From Paecilomyces variotii (taxonomy: Eukaryota), in NCBI GenBank assembly GCA_004022145.1, contig RCNU01000009.1: a stretch of DNA of 64,000 bases; one strand, written 5' to 3'. The notes beneath the pieces are model-generated. The model did no database searches. It saw only the letters and a list, made by a program, of their open reading frames with translations, and was not told where the DNA came from. Below, one piece after another: positions 13,064-25,200 of this stretch. Made by a program: the position numbers and the translations under genes. How positions within the stretch are numbered: the stretch's first letter is position 1; every line of letters begins with the position of its first letter.

Positions 13064-13617
13064 GTCTGTATAACATCCAGGTGTAGAATATTTATACTTA
13101 CTTACCTAGTTACTTGCTATACTTGTATTGATCAGTCTAGATTACAAAATGTGTTGGCAGAGGCACAGAACCCCCGCCCGCTTCCCTAATTATATAGGAA
13201 AGGCATAAAATAATTGCATTAACTTTGATCCGGTCGAAGACTTCGTCGAATGATGCAGTCTAACAATGGAGAGAAAGAGCTAATATAAGAATCCCGCTCC
13301 TACGACAGAGGCAAGTTCCACGAGGCGCAGAATGAACTGCCCACGACATCGAGATATAGCAAAACCTCCCAAGAAAGACGACAAAGTCGATCGTGAAGGC
13401 TGCTGCCTAAGGTCCAGGATTGTGGAATTAGGGGCTCTGTGCCAAGTCTTTAAGTACTTACAGTAGTCACGTGTAGACTATCTAGATAGACTCTTTGTGG
13501 TCGATTGACTCGCCCCTGTATTTAAAGCTTCGCTCTAACCATTATCAATATCAAGTGCTTGTTCTTTTATTTCACCTTGAACACTGGCTCCAGTCAACTT
13601 TTCTTTCATTTTTCCTC

Positions 13618-13638
13618 TGTGTGTGTGTGTGTGTGTGT
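13618..13638. repeat. (GT)n microsatellite
   Basis: Uninterrupted GT/TG run about 8 bp upstream of the kinase ATG. Confidence 0.9.
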
Positions 13639-13646
13639 CACTGAAC

Positions 13647-14567
13647 ATGTCCTCCCCATTCCTGGATCTGGACGGAAATCCTATAAATGGAGACGAAGTT
13701 CTCGGGTATGGCAGGGCCGGTCTGGTTGTCCTCCGTGAAAATATAGCAGTCAAAATGCCATTACGGTACAGAAGCAGTCGAGATAGCGATGTGGAAACCA
13801 ATATAGAGGTTTTGCAACACGAGAAAGAGGTCTATCAGCGGTTGGGACAGTGCGAAGGCGTGGTGCCTTGTATCGGTTTCTCCGAAACAACGATCCAGCT
13901 TAGCTTCATGGCAAATGGGGACCTACGTGCCTATTTAAATCGAAATAGACCACCTAGGTCCTTGCAACTCTCGTGGTTTCGTGATATGGCTCGCACTCTC
14001 GCACGAATACATGATCGCCGGGTCATTGTAGCAGACATTGCCAGTCGGAATTTTCTTCTTTCCGATGATCTCTCCATCAAATTTTGTGACTTCACAGAAT
14101 CGTCTATTCTTCATCCTGACACCGACATGGAGAATTTCAATGATAATGGATATTCTATCCAGACAGACATTGGGCAGCTTGGAGCAGTGATATATGAGGT
14201 TGTTACCGGGAAACGTTGTGATTTTGATCTTTTCAAAGATCAGCCATCGACAATTAGTGAAGCCATGTGGCCTCGGAGAGAAAATCTTCCTAATGTCAAA
14301 GATATTTGGCTCGGACCAATCATCGATAAATGCTGGACAGAAGGCTCTTTCAAAAACGCGGAAGGTGTGGCAAAGGCATTGGATGCTATAACGTTCCAAT
14401 CTCTATATTCGGACGACATTAGCAAAATACCACCGGAGAAAGAGCCTCAGTCACAACTCTCGAATACGCCTTCCACATATAATATTTCAATGCGACATAC
14501 TCTGGCCCTTTCAGTCGTCGTTGGTATCATTGCACTTTATACCACGTGGGGTTCCAGACGACGTTAG
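13647..14567 (+). CDS. Atypical protein kinase-like protein with C-terminal hydrophobic anchor
   Basis: Intronless. Gly loop 'LGYGRAGLV', 'AVK', helix-C 'HEKEVY', catalytic loop 'VADIASRNFLL', 'DFT', and subdomain IX 'TDIGQLGAVIYEVVTG'. C-terminal 'LALSVVVGIIALYTTW' followed by RRR. Confidence 0.85.
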   Translation: MSSPFLDLDGNPINGDEVLGYGRAGLVVLRENIAVKMPLRYRSSRDSDVETNIEVLQHEKEVYQRLGQCEGVVPCIGFSETTIQLSFMANGDLRAYLNRNRPPRSLQLSWFRDMARTLARIHDRRVIVADIASRNFLLSDDLSIKFCDFTESSILHPDTDMENFNDNGYSIQTDIGQLGAVIYEVVTGKRCDFDLFKDQPSTISEAMWPRRENLPNVKDIWLGPIIDKCWTEGSFKNAEGVAKALDAITFQSLYSDDISKIPPEKEPQSQLSNTPSTYNISMRHTLALSVVVGIIALYTTWGSRRR

Positions 14568-15399
14568 AAACGTACTCTATACTTAGAACATTTCCCGCTA
14601 TTTTGCTATCATCTCGTGACGAATTTCAAATAAAGGAGCATCGGGTCAGTTTAGGTCCCTTGAGAAGTTTGTTTTTGTTATGATCACTTGCTTTAGAATG
14701 GAACAATTACGTTCACGTCAGCGCTCGGGTTTCTTGAACAAATATCTACTACTTGACCCAAGCTTTTTAATAATCAGAACTCCGAAATTATCTACATAGT
14801 GTGATTATGGAGCATATCCGCACTGTATGATACTGAATTGAACGATTAATTATCACAAGATAACTATACCAGGATCCTTCCTAGCTATCCTATCTGTATA
14901 TCTCTTACCAGCATACCAGCCTCCACTCTGTATACAGCCACATGAGTCGCGTACTCCTGCCGTGTATTCCGTTATTTCGTAACCATTTGATAACACAGGG
15001 CGGTGATAACGATACAGTGTATTGGGCGGCCATGCCAGAAACGGGAAAATTAACGGCAAGGGGGAATTCACAGGTCCTCGCTTTACGAAGTAAATCCTGA
15101 GACCGGATAGGAAACTTGCATCGTATAACATCGTCCTTTCATATAGAAAAAAGCAAATAGATATTAAAACACAGAATATCCCATGTGAAGAACCGAGGAA
15201 GGCTAAGCGCAAGGCTGAATCGATGTGCCATCACGTGTTGATCTTATGCCTCTCGAAAGGCTACCTAAGCCACAGCGCCCGACGCAATAAATAACTGTCG
15301 CGCATTTTGAGCTTCTTAAATTTTCAATTGAGTTCTAATATAACCCGATGCTATTTGCCTTTTTTTTGGACAGTTGCTTCAAGGGGATTTACGGTGATT

Positions 15400-17213
15400 A
15401 TGTCTGGCTTGGAGGCCATAGGTGTCGCGGCCAGTATTATCCAGGTCGCAGATCTGGGCACCAAAGTATCGGTCCGGCTGTTTTCCTTGTACCGTCGGTT
15501 CAAAGATGCCGACCAGTCCCTCAGGGATCTTTCCAATGATGTTGCGCTCACCTGTGCTATTTTGCGTGAATTGGGCGAAAGCATAGAGAAGGACGAGCAA
15601 TCCAAGCTCTGCTCAGAGGAGGCACATCGCACTCTAAAGAGCATTCTGGGCCAGTGTCAAGAGGTCCTTGAGCAGATCCAGAACATGATTGATTATAGGA
15701 ATGATCCCCAAAAGACACCTTTGCAGCGGGCCACTGAGAAGTTCCGGAATGTCTTGCTGGAGCCGAAATTGGATCCGCTGAAGAGTAACTTGGAGAGATT
15801 GAAATCGACAATGCTCCTCTTGCTCAATGCAATCATGTACGCCGGTCAGATACGGAGGTAAGTCTGGAAAATAGTATGTTCTGAAAGTGTCTTTTTCTGA
15901 TTTCAAAATAGTAAACATGTTCCGACTCTGCTCGAAGAGCAGCGTGCTTTATTAGAAAGTCTTTTGGAAGAGAAAAGAAGCAATGAGCGAGGACCGGACC
16001 AATTCGCATTCATTGGACTGTCTCAGGTAACAGGTCCTGAATCCTCGAGCAGCAAAATCCACGCGCAGAATGACGGAGATCCTAATACCATAGATGGACC
16101 TGATGAGCTCAAACAATACAATTTCCTTATCCAGAGAATGTTTCACGAGATAGATTCGTGCAAGTCTAAGCTTGAAAGCAGTCGTCATTCGAGGATAAAA
16201 GACGGCGTCCTGAATATACATTCTGGCGAAATAGTGCGGTTTCAGCTGGAATACGGCCACACTGCTCTCCAGAACTTCGATCATTCGCTCTTTGCGTACG
16301 TTCAACTCACATTGTACTTAATGGCAAGAGAGACTAATATCTGCAGTGATCGGAGTACCAAACCGCTGGACTTGAAATCCTCCGCAAAGGATACTCCTGC
16401 ATCAACAGTGCCTCAACAAAGGCATCCCGACAACGGCGCTCTAGAGAGACCGGCGATCGATAAACGCTATGAATTGCGTACCCGTGCGAAACCAGTTCCG
16501 CCCACTAGAGAAAATCCTCCAGCTCATTCTGTAAAGAATCCTCCCCTTCTTGGTCCCTGGAAAGCCATGCTAATAAGGAGAAGATTGAGCTACACGGTAG
16601 TTCGGTGCGGTATCAAAGTGAAGGGGAGCAGATGACTTGGAACCCCCAGCCAAATGGGTACTCTCCGTACCCACTTTTCACAAGGCATCCCTATTTATCA
16701 ACCAATGGTGGGGAGAACAGCACTTCCACAGAAATGGATCCTTCTAAATTCTTTTATCCCCCTCCTTTGCTAAGGCAAGGGATTGACGAAACCTGTTGGC
16801 GCTCATGGGGGAATGTTGGTCGGGATATTGGGGAACAAGGGCAGCAAGCGGTTGCGGATGGGCGTCTTTCGAAGAGTCGACGCTCAGGCAGTGGATATAA
16901 GCCTTGTAAGCCCAAAGCCCAAGCCAAATCCAAAGCAGCCCGTCCTTCGACTCCCGAGTCCACCAGTCCCAATGACGACTCATTACCAGATAATCTGGTA
17001 GATTTGATGCTACGCTGGACCAATATTCAAAGAGATGAGCTTGGGCATCGTCCTCAGAAGCGACATCGCGACTCAAAGGGCCAAGGGGCCCCTTCCGAAA
17101 AGAAGCAGAGAGTCAACAATGTGTCTGAAGAATTCGCATACAAGCCAGAAGATATGACCACTGCGACGGCTGTTCAAGACCAAGACCTTCCCAATATACC
17201 TGGACAACTCTGA
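15400..17213 (+). CDS. HeLo-like / fungal STAND N-terminal domain protein without an NTPase domain; exons 15400-15857, 15912-16295, 16347-16530, 16584-17213
   Basis: N-terminus 'MSGLEAIGVAASIIQVADLGTKVS...DVALTCAILRELG...LERLKSTMLLLLN' is the typical fungal NLR N-terminal helical domain. Three GT..AG introns join the ORF-track frames in phase. No Walker A motif seen. Confidence 0.72.
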
Positions 17214-17416
17214 TACTGCTGAATCTCTTTAGAGCATAAGGCTATACATATTGAGAATCCCTATATCCCTTACGGTAATTTCAAATTCAAATATCTATAC
17301 GAAGTATACATAAACTTCGCTTCACAACGTATCGGAAGTATGTACAATTACATACATAACTTCAAGTGGAGAAAAAAACCTCCAACGCGCGGAACCGAAA
17401 TGCTTAACTCGGTACT

Positions 17417-17470
17417 AAATTTCTTGGCCTGCGGTAAGTAAGTGCCTTAGTACCACGGGCCAAGAAATTT
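17417..17470. repeat. Inverted repeat / hairpin with 20-bp arms (18/20 match) and 14-nt loop
   Basis: aaatttcttggcctgcggta (17417-17436) versus taccacgggccaagaaattt (17451-17470). Confidence 0.85.
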
Positions 17471-17912
17471 GTAACACGACGTCAAATTCAATATATCTAC
17501 TTCATTTTGACTCACGGGGAGATTCTAATTATTACGTTTTCGGGAAGAGAAGAGAGAGTAGTGAATCTGATTGTTTCTTCAAATCTATCTTGTATTCAAT
17601 ACTAGAAGAAGAAGAAGAAGAAGGACAGTCCATTATGTTCTGGAAATATGCTTTTGTCTTCCATACATACATACATGCATAAACCGAGATGGGGAAAGAT
17701 TTTGGTATGTTTGAGTGGAAGGGAGATGAGAAAGGTGATAATTGGAGGTCAAGATGCAGAATTGAATAGAGTAATGTGAATGAAACTGGGTAGGGGTATG
17801 GTATGGTCTGTTCAAAATCAGGTAAGAGAGATGGTTTTCTACATCCAGAAAATGACCGGTCAAGTTCGTTTCTGTGCAATGGATGAAAGATTCAAGGCAT
17901 GTTCTGTCTTTC

Positions 17913-18992
17913 TCACGCCCACTTGCCCAACAGAGCCATGATACCAGCACCCAGCAGCGTCGACAGGATCATGAAGCCGAGCTGCCTACGGCTGTTTGTC
18001 CGGCACGGGTCGAAGAGGAAATCGCGAGCCAGCAGCTCCACCAGGCCGGTATAGATGAGGATACCAGCTGAGATCGAGTCCAATACACCCGACACGATGT
18101 TGGCGGTGTTGGAATTGGGGTTGTAGGTCGTCCGCACTCCGAGACCGATGGCGATGGCAATCGGCGTCGTCAGGCCGTAAGCGATGCAAAGCACCCAAGG
18201 GACCCAGCGGAGACTGCGCTTGAATTCGATGGCAGAGAGTCTCGCGCCAATACCCAGGCCCTCGAATGACTGGTGGAAGACCAGGACGGGGTAGAGCGTC
18301 GCGAACTCGTCGCCGGCCACGCCCAGGTTCAGGCCGATGATGACGGAATGGAAGATGACGCCGAATTCGAGGATCAGGAAGGCGGCGAACTGCTGTTTCA
18401 TCGAGATCTCGGCACTGAGCGAGTCGGCCTCGGAGTTGTTGTAGGCGACGGTGGCCTTGTCGGGATTCTGTTGGTGCTCGTGGTCCTGTGGGTAGGATTG
18501 GGATCCTTCCTGGTGGTGGACATGGCCGGTGACGATGTTCACGGGGGCTTCTTTCTGAATGCCATATTTGGACTCGACGTACAATTCGGCGCCAAAGTCC
18601 ATGAGGAAGATGACGGTTATCGAGGCGAGAACGAGGGCTGGGGGCCATGAATAGACGGCCCAGTTGCCCGTCATGCCGACACAGCTGGCCGGACCGATCT
18701 CCTCGTAGGCCGGATCCAGCAGATGGACAAAGGCCGTGGCGATGATCACGCCGGTACCGAAATAGCGTGCGAACAGGTAGACATAGAGAGGAATCTTCAG
18801 AGAGGGGACCCGTTTGGCAGCGACGGGAAAGACGGTCACGAAGGTGGAAACGAAGAGGATGACGAAGATGGAGGATATACGCGCCCCGAGGTGTCCATTG
18901 TAGTCATTTCCACCTTGATTCAGATAGCAGACGACTTGGGCGGGGTCCGCAGTGTCCAGATCAACGTTGGTCGGATCAAATGAGGAAGACAT
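17913..18992 (-). CDS. zrt1: ZIP-family high-affinity zinc transporter (Zrt1/ZrfA-like)
   Basis: Intronless, 359 aa. Motifs 'ARYFGTGVIIATAFVHLL', His-rich loop, 'ILEFGVIFHSVIIG', 'FHQSFEGLGIG' and C-terminal 'MALLGKWA'. Confidence 0.93.
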   Translation of the reverse strand: MSSSFDPTNVDLDTADPAQVVCYLNQGGNDYNGHLGARISSIFVILFVSTFVTVFPVAAKRVPSLKIPLYVYLFARYFGTGVIIATAFVHLLDPAYEEIGPASCVGMTGNWAVYSWPPALVLASITVIFLMDFGAELYVESKYGIQKEAPVNIVTGHVHHQEGSQSYPQDHEHQQNPDKATVAYNNSEADSLSAEISMKQQFAAFLILEFGVIFHSVIIGLNLGVAGDEFATLYPVLVFHQSFEGLGIGARLSAIEFKRSLRWVPWVLCIAYGLTTPIAIAIGLGVRTTYNPNSNTANIVSGVLDSISAGILIYTGLVELLARDFLFDPCRTNSRRQLGFMILSTLLGAGIMALLGKWA

Positions 18993-19163
18993 GATTGAAC
19001 AGGACCCGGGGGGAACGAAAGGATCGAGAGGAGAATTGAGGGGGATTTTGAACGACGATCCGATCCTTTACAGAAAGCAACAGACGAGATCTCTCCCCGG
19101 ATGAGTGATATATGAATATATATAAGAATATATAAGATATTAGTGTGATGGGCTACCTGCGCC

Positions 19164-19178
19164 GAGTACCTTGGGGCT
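19164..19178 (-). promoter_or_regulatory. Putative ZafA zinc-response element
   Basis: AGCCCCAAGGTACTC on the minus strand, CAAGGT core, about 170 bp upstream of the ZIP ATG. Confidence 0.65.
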
Positions 19179-19761
19179 ATGGGGGCGCAAAGGCTTTTCG
19201 CCTCTGTCAAACTCGCGTGGGAAAGCAGACTAATCTAGTCTTCCAGATGACTCTCCACCCTGGCCGACGAGATGCTACCTTCTGGGTTAGCTGGCCAGAG
19301 GAGATTCGGATAAGACCGAGAAGGCCAGGAGAATTAAAACTTAGTTATTTGCAGGAAGAGTCTCGTCTACGCCACGCTCAGGATCATATCAGGACGAAGA
19401 TCTCAACTCCGAAGAAGATATTCTATGTTACATGGACAGATGGGCCATCTTCTCTTATTATTATCAACCCGAATCGACACCTGCATGATCTTTCGGACCG
19501 TTTAATACGCCACACGATGCACGAACAATCCTGGACGGAGATGGGGCTGGATGGTTTAGTTAGTTGGTGCTGTGCTGTATACGTATCCTGACGGAACAAG
19601 CCGACGTTGTAGCGTCTCGGGGGACCTTCAGGACCACAAAAGAAAGGGAAAAAAAAGGAAAAGAAACGAAGAGAAAAAGAAAAAAGGAAGAAGAGACGGG
19701 CAAGGAACGGCGAGGGGGAAACACGACTGGTTCTGATTAGTTTGGCTGATCCACCGCGTGT

Positions 19762-19776
19762 GAGGACCTTGGGAGA
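19762..19776 (-). promoter_or_regulatory. Putative ZafA zinc-response element
   Basis: TCTCCCAAGGTCCTC on the minus strand fits the Aspergillus ZafA consensus DYYVYCARGGTVYYY (recalled) at all positions. Confidence 0.7.
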
Positions 19777-21078
19777 AGAGAATTATTCTTCTTCTTCTTA
19801 TTATGGGATTATGATTCTTATTGCCAACGAGAACATACTAGGTCAGCATCTCTCATGGTCTGATTATTGGATATTTTATTACCTAGTTATTCACGAACTA
19901 TCTATCGATGGGATCGAGCAGTTGACATACTACTATACACTGATCTCGTCGACGTTGACAAGAACGGTTGGTGTCAGTGAAAGCTAACAGGTTAGTCTCG
20001 CACTGGAACGTGTCGGGCTGGACTGGGAGCGATGAGTGGGTTTCGAGTAATATCATGATAATATCCTGAGAGAAAGAAGAAAATATCAGGCCTAATAGCC
20101 GACCAAGAAGAGACGTCTACCTTTCTGGCCATATTATAGTTACCTCTGGGAGATGACGAATCTACCCACTTGAAGTATCAACTCAGCCCTGGCCATCATC
20201 AGTATCCCGAGTCTGTTCCGTAGGGTACACTGTCCCTGAGTGAGGTTTCGTTTCCCTTGTAGACAGACGCCTGGATAGGTTTTCATTATGGCGGTTCGCA
20301 CTCCTGGCCAGGGTCTATTGCTTCAATCGCTTTGAGCATGCCTTAACCATGACTTGAACACTTCCAGTTGGTTCCTTCTTCCTCTTGCGCATCTCTAGGA
20401 TGTTCCGTCCGACCATCACAGCGAACAAGATTCAACTGATCCAGATCAACCTCTTCACGAGTCGAATTTGGCACATATCAAGAAGCATCAGCTCACACAC
20501 ATAACCTCCAAATAGCGCTCTTCGGAAGTGTCCAGTTCGAGAGAAAATGAAAATAAATAAATAGAAAAACAGGGACAAGATAGCTGGTCAGAGAAACGAG
20601 TCTCAAGACTCACACATTCATCAAAGCCCACTCCGGATCAGTCGACTTGCAACCGATACTCGACCCGCAGTCTCATAGAATAAATGTTTCATGCTATGCG
20701 TACCGAATCATATTCCTGGATTAATTCAAGTAATCATCGATATCTAGCTAAATATCTTAATTCCTTTGGAGACGTCCAGTTACTAGAGACTACTCCTGCT
20801 CTAGAAATGGCGGGCAGAAGGAGATCTCGCCAGTGACAGCTTCCATCGAGATTGCAGAGGGTCCAGAAGACTCAGAGCCATGGTTGAGATACTATTGACT
20901 ATTTTATCAACCAGATAAAAATCGAATGGTCAGTGACGACTCCTCCGTATTCAAGACAGGCAGTATACGAAGATACATACATTATCTCAATGGTTAATTT
21001 TATTTTATTTCTTATAATCAACATCAACATAACCCCCCTCTATTACAGACAGACCACAAACAGATAGAATTTGACTCT

Positions 21079-21471
21079 CTACAACTTCGCAGCCTCCTTC
21101 ACCTCTCCAATCTTCAATTTGGGCCCATACTTCTTCAACACGCCCTCGTTGTGATACTGTTGAAATCAGTCAGTATCGGTAACTATCGGTTATCTAACTT
21201 AACTTCACCCGCTTTCCGTGATTTCTAAGGAATCGAACAGAACAGCTAACTAAGTCCAAAAAAAAAAAAAAATAAGAAATAATGATATACTAACCTTCCG
21301 AAACTGCTTCGAAGCATCCTTGCCCGCGACGCGCTTCAGGATCTTAGCACCGCCAGGATGCTCGTTGATAAATTCCGTCACGTCGTACACGCTCGAGTCG
21401 ACGATGATGTAGAGGCCCTTGTCGGGGCTGTTGTGAGACGCGACGTCAGCGGGAGTGAATGATTTGGACAT
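21079..21471 (-). CDS. Small soluble cytochrome b5-like heme-binding protein (84 aa); exons 21471-21295, 21156-21079
   Basis: 'VYDVTEFINEHPGGAKILKRVAGKDASKQFRK/YHNEGVLKKY' contains HPGG and the second His ligand after splicing intron 21294-21157. Confidence 0.9.
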
Positions 21472-22200
21472 GGCGATTTGATTTGAATTGAATTGAATTA
21501 TTGATTGATGATGGTTGATCGGTATGGTTTCGTTGTCGCGGAAGGGATGGATCAAAGGATCATCAAGTAAGGGTGAGATGAGAGAGATGAGCACGCGAGT
21601 AGGTATGTTAGAAAGGTAGATGGATCGATGCGCTCTAGTTAATTAATCACCCGGATGGTTTAAGTCAGATAGATGGATGATGAAGAGGATGTGATAACTT
21701 GTAGTTAGTTGATGCTTTCTATAATGTTCATCAATCATTCCATGAGCCGAGGCCTTGTTTCGCGCGTCAGATGAATCCCCGCTCTGCTCATTGGTTCTCC
21801 GCGGGGTTCCGTTCTCTCGGCCGGTAGATATGTATGTACTCCGTAGTTGGATTTTAAAATAGTAACGAACTTATTTACTACTACCATATTGAGTTATGGC
21901 GTTTTTCTTATTGTTATTACATATTACTATAACATATAACACTATGCTTTTTGACTCGTTTGCACATGTATGCTATTGCACGTATATGTTACTGTACTGT
22001 ACATCTATAAGGTCAATGATACAATGTAATTAATACATAATACCAAGATGCGATTAATATGCGCCTACATCATCCATCCAGAGGGTATGATACATTGAGC
22101 CCAGTAACTAGTATAGTGTATACCGGACCATGGTATATAATAAACAGCAATCCCAAATAGCATAACTCCCCGCGCTTTCCAAGACACCACTGAGCTTATC

Positions 22201-25200
22201 CTAGATCCGACTCTTCTCCCCCGTCGCTCCAGCCCCCTTGGGCACCTTCTTGTCCAGACCAAGCGTCTCCAGATCCTTCTTCTTGTGATAGTGCGGCGCC
22301 ACCTCGACCAGCCACTCGGGCTGCAACGGCATGTTGCTGCGCATGTACTCCTTGCTCGTCAGCACCAGCTCGTGGTAGATCACCCACTTGGGGTTCACCT
22401 CGAACAGCGTGCTTGACGGGTGCAGGTACACCGTCTGCCCGTTCTTCACCGTCCGGTAGCTGTCGCCGCCACGCTGCAGTCGCGCTGCGTTCGGGAAGAA
22501 GCCCGCCGTGATGGCTTTCTGGATGGGAATCAGGTTATTCGACCCGGCGCTGCTGACAGTCACTTCGACACGGTCACACAGTTTCGCCAGTTGATCTCGC
22601 ACATCGCGTGCTCGCGTCAGACTGCGCTGCTGCAAGAAGTTCTCCCGCGCCCACACGTAGCTGAAGTCCGAGTCCACCCACTGGTTCCATACATTGAGCA
22701 GCGTCAGATGGTCACCGCCGTCCTTGACGGTGAACCGCGCCCGGGCGCTATCCGCATGGATCTTCTTGTCCTTGGGACGGAAAAACAGCGCGCTGGCCTC
22801 GCCAACCATCGCAATGATCGAGAGCACCTCCTCCACGCATCCGTACTTGTCTGCGGCCAGGATCGCCTTGGCCTGCATCGGGTCCGTCGGGAACTCCGCC
22901 ATCTGGCGTCCGATCTTGGTCAGCTCGCCGCGGTCGTTGAGCGCCCCGAGAGCGTACAACTGCTCTAGCGCGCGGATAATCGTTTCGGCCGGCGGCGGAT
23001 CCATAAAGTCAAAGTCGAGCAGCTGGTCGATTCCCAACGACTTCAGCATCAGGATGACCGCGCTGAGGTTCGTCCGCTGGATCTCCGGGGTCGTGTTTTC
23101 CTCCAGTTCGTTGAGATACGCCCACTTGGTATACAGCCGGAAGCATTTGCCCGGACCGACACGACCGGCACGACCAGCGCGCTGTCCAGCAGAGGCACGC
23201 GAGCACGGCGTCACCACCAGACTCTCCATACCGGTCCGTGGGTTGAACACGTTCTCCTTCACGAAGCCAGGGTCAATCACGTAGACGATTCCATCAATGG
23301 TCAAACTCGTCTCCGCGATATTGGTTGCCAGGACCACCTTCCTCGCACGGGGCGGCGTCGGCTCGAAGATCTTGGTCTGAAGTTCTGACGGGAGATTGGC
23401 GTAAATCGGAGCTATGATGAGCTCTGGGATCTTCCCACCTAATTTGCGAGCCGTCTCCTGTATACTCTGCTCTGCAGCCTCGATCTCTTCTTGACCTGTC
23501 AGGAACACCAAGATATCTCCCCGACCCTGTGTGATATGGATCTGGAAGACGGTCGTGATAGCAGCCGCCAAGTAGTTAGCCTCCGGCTGCGAGGTGTAAT
23601 GAATATCGACCGGGTATCGTCGTCCAGGGATGTTGAAGATCGGGGCATCGTCAAAATACTTCTGGAACTTCTGCGCATCAATCGTCGCAGACGAGATGAG
23701 AAGCTTCAGGTCCGGACGTGCCTTGGCGATATCCTTCAGAAGCCCGCATGCAATATCCGTCGGCACCGTCCGCTCGTGGGCCTCGTCGATCATCAAAGCA
23801 GAGTACTGGCCCAGATCGGGCTCCGTCAGCAGCTCGCGCAGTAACATACCATCCGTCATGTACTTGAGGATGGTCTTGTCGCTGGTATTGTCCTCGAACC
23901 GGATCGCATAGCCAACTTCGTGGCCTAGCTTCACACCCATCTCCTCCGCTACACGCGCGGCGACACTCATGGCAGCCACTCGTCGGGGCTGGGTGCAGCC
24001 GATCTTCATACCGTTCTTCGTATATCCTGCTTCGTGGAGATACTGCGGGAGCTGGGTGGTCTTTCCGGACCCGGTCTCTCCGACAATAATCAGGACCTGG
24101 TGATCGGCCACCGCCTGGAGGATCTGCTCCCGATACTGATAGATGGGGAGACTCTTCCTGGTCTCTTCGATGGAGGCAGCCTTCTTCTCAGCTGCATCCA
24201 GCTGCTCCGCCAACATACGCTGCTCCTTTGTCATGGGCTTGCGATCACCCTCGAGCTTCGAGTCCATGATGAAGTTGATCTTCTGTGCGTCGTCAAAGAC
24301 ATATTCGTAGTCTCCCTCGTCGACATACTCTGCTCGGGAAATCTGCGCCTTCGCCTTGGCCGTCTGTTCCTGCTCCCATTCCTCCTGCTCCGTCACGAAG
24401 CGCTCCTGACCATGTTCGTCACGGTCAACGTAACGTTTGTAGAGAGCCTCCTCCTTCTTCTTCCTATCAATCTTTCCTTTCTCCGTAATGTAGTCTTCCG
24501 GCATCATATAGCCATCGCGGTAGTCGTCGATCCGTAGTCTCTCCTCTGCGATCCGCAGCACCTCGCGATTTCTCGCAAACTCCTCCTTCTCCTTGCGGGT
24601 CAAGTTGGGGTTCTCTCGCAGTTCTGCCGTCTCCTCCGCTACCTGTCGTCGCAGCAGGGCAAGACGTTCTGCCTCGCGTTTCTTCAGATACTCCTGACGA
24701 GAACGCATTCTCAACTCCGGCATGGCGGCGCTTCGAGCCGCAGCATCATCGGCCAACGCCCGCCGTCGAGCACCCTCGCCTGTCCCTGCTCGATCCTCAA
24801 CGATCTTCTTCGACTTGGTGTTATCTTTATTCGCCAGACGTTTCGCGAACTCATCTCTCTCCTTGAGATCGCGTTGCCGCTCCAACTCGGCCCTGGTCTC
24901 CGGATCGAGGTCTTCGTCTTCTGCATCAGAGTGCGACGACGCAGGACCATCTTCCAACCGCGTCCGCTTAGACGGTGACTCGTGGAAATCCTCCTCTCCG
25001 TCCGCAGCGAGCTCTTCCTCAGCGTAATCTTCATCACCCCATCGATCCTCAAAGTCATCCACGTCTCGCTTGCGTAGCTTCCTCGACCGATGACGATCGC
25101 CCTCACGACTACGCTCTCTCTTCCGCGCATCCTGCTTCTCCCAACGACTCCCACCCTCGTCGCCATCTGCAGGCCTACCCCGATCCTTATCTTTATCCTT

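Noticed and set aside
17986-18650. Long alternative-frame and antisense ORFs over the ZIP transporter
   Set aside because: Shadow ORFs caused by GC3-biased codon usage of the real gene.
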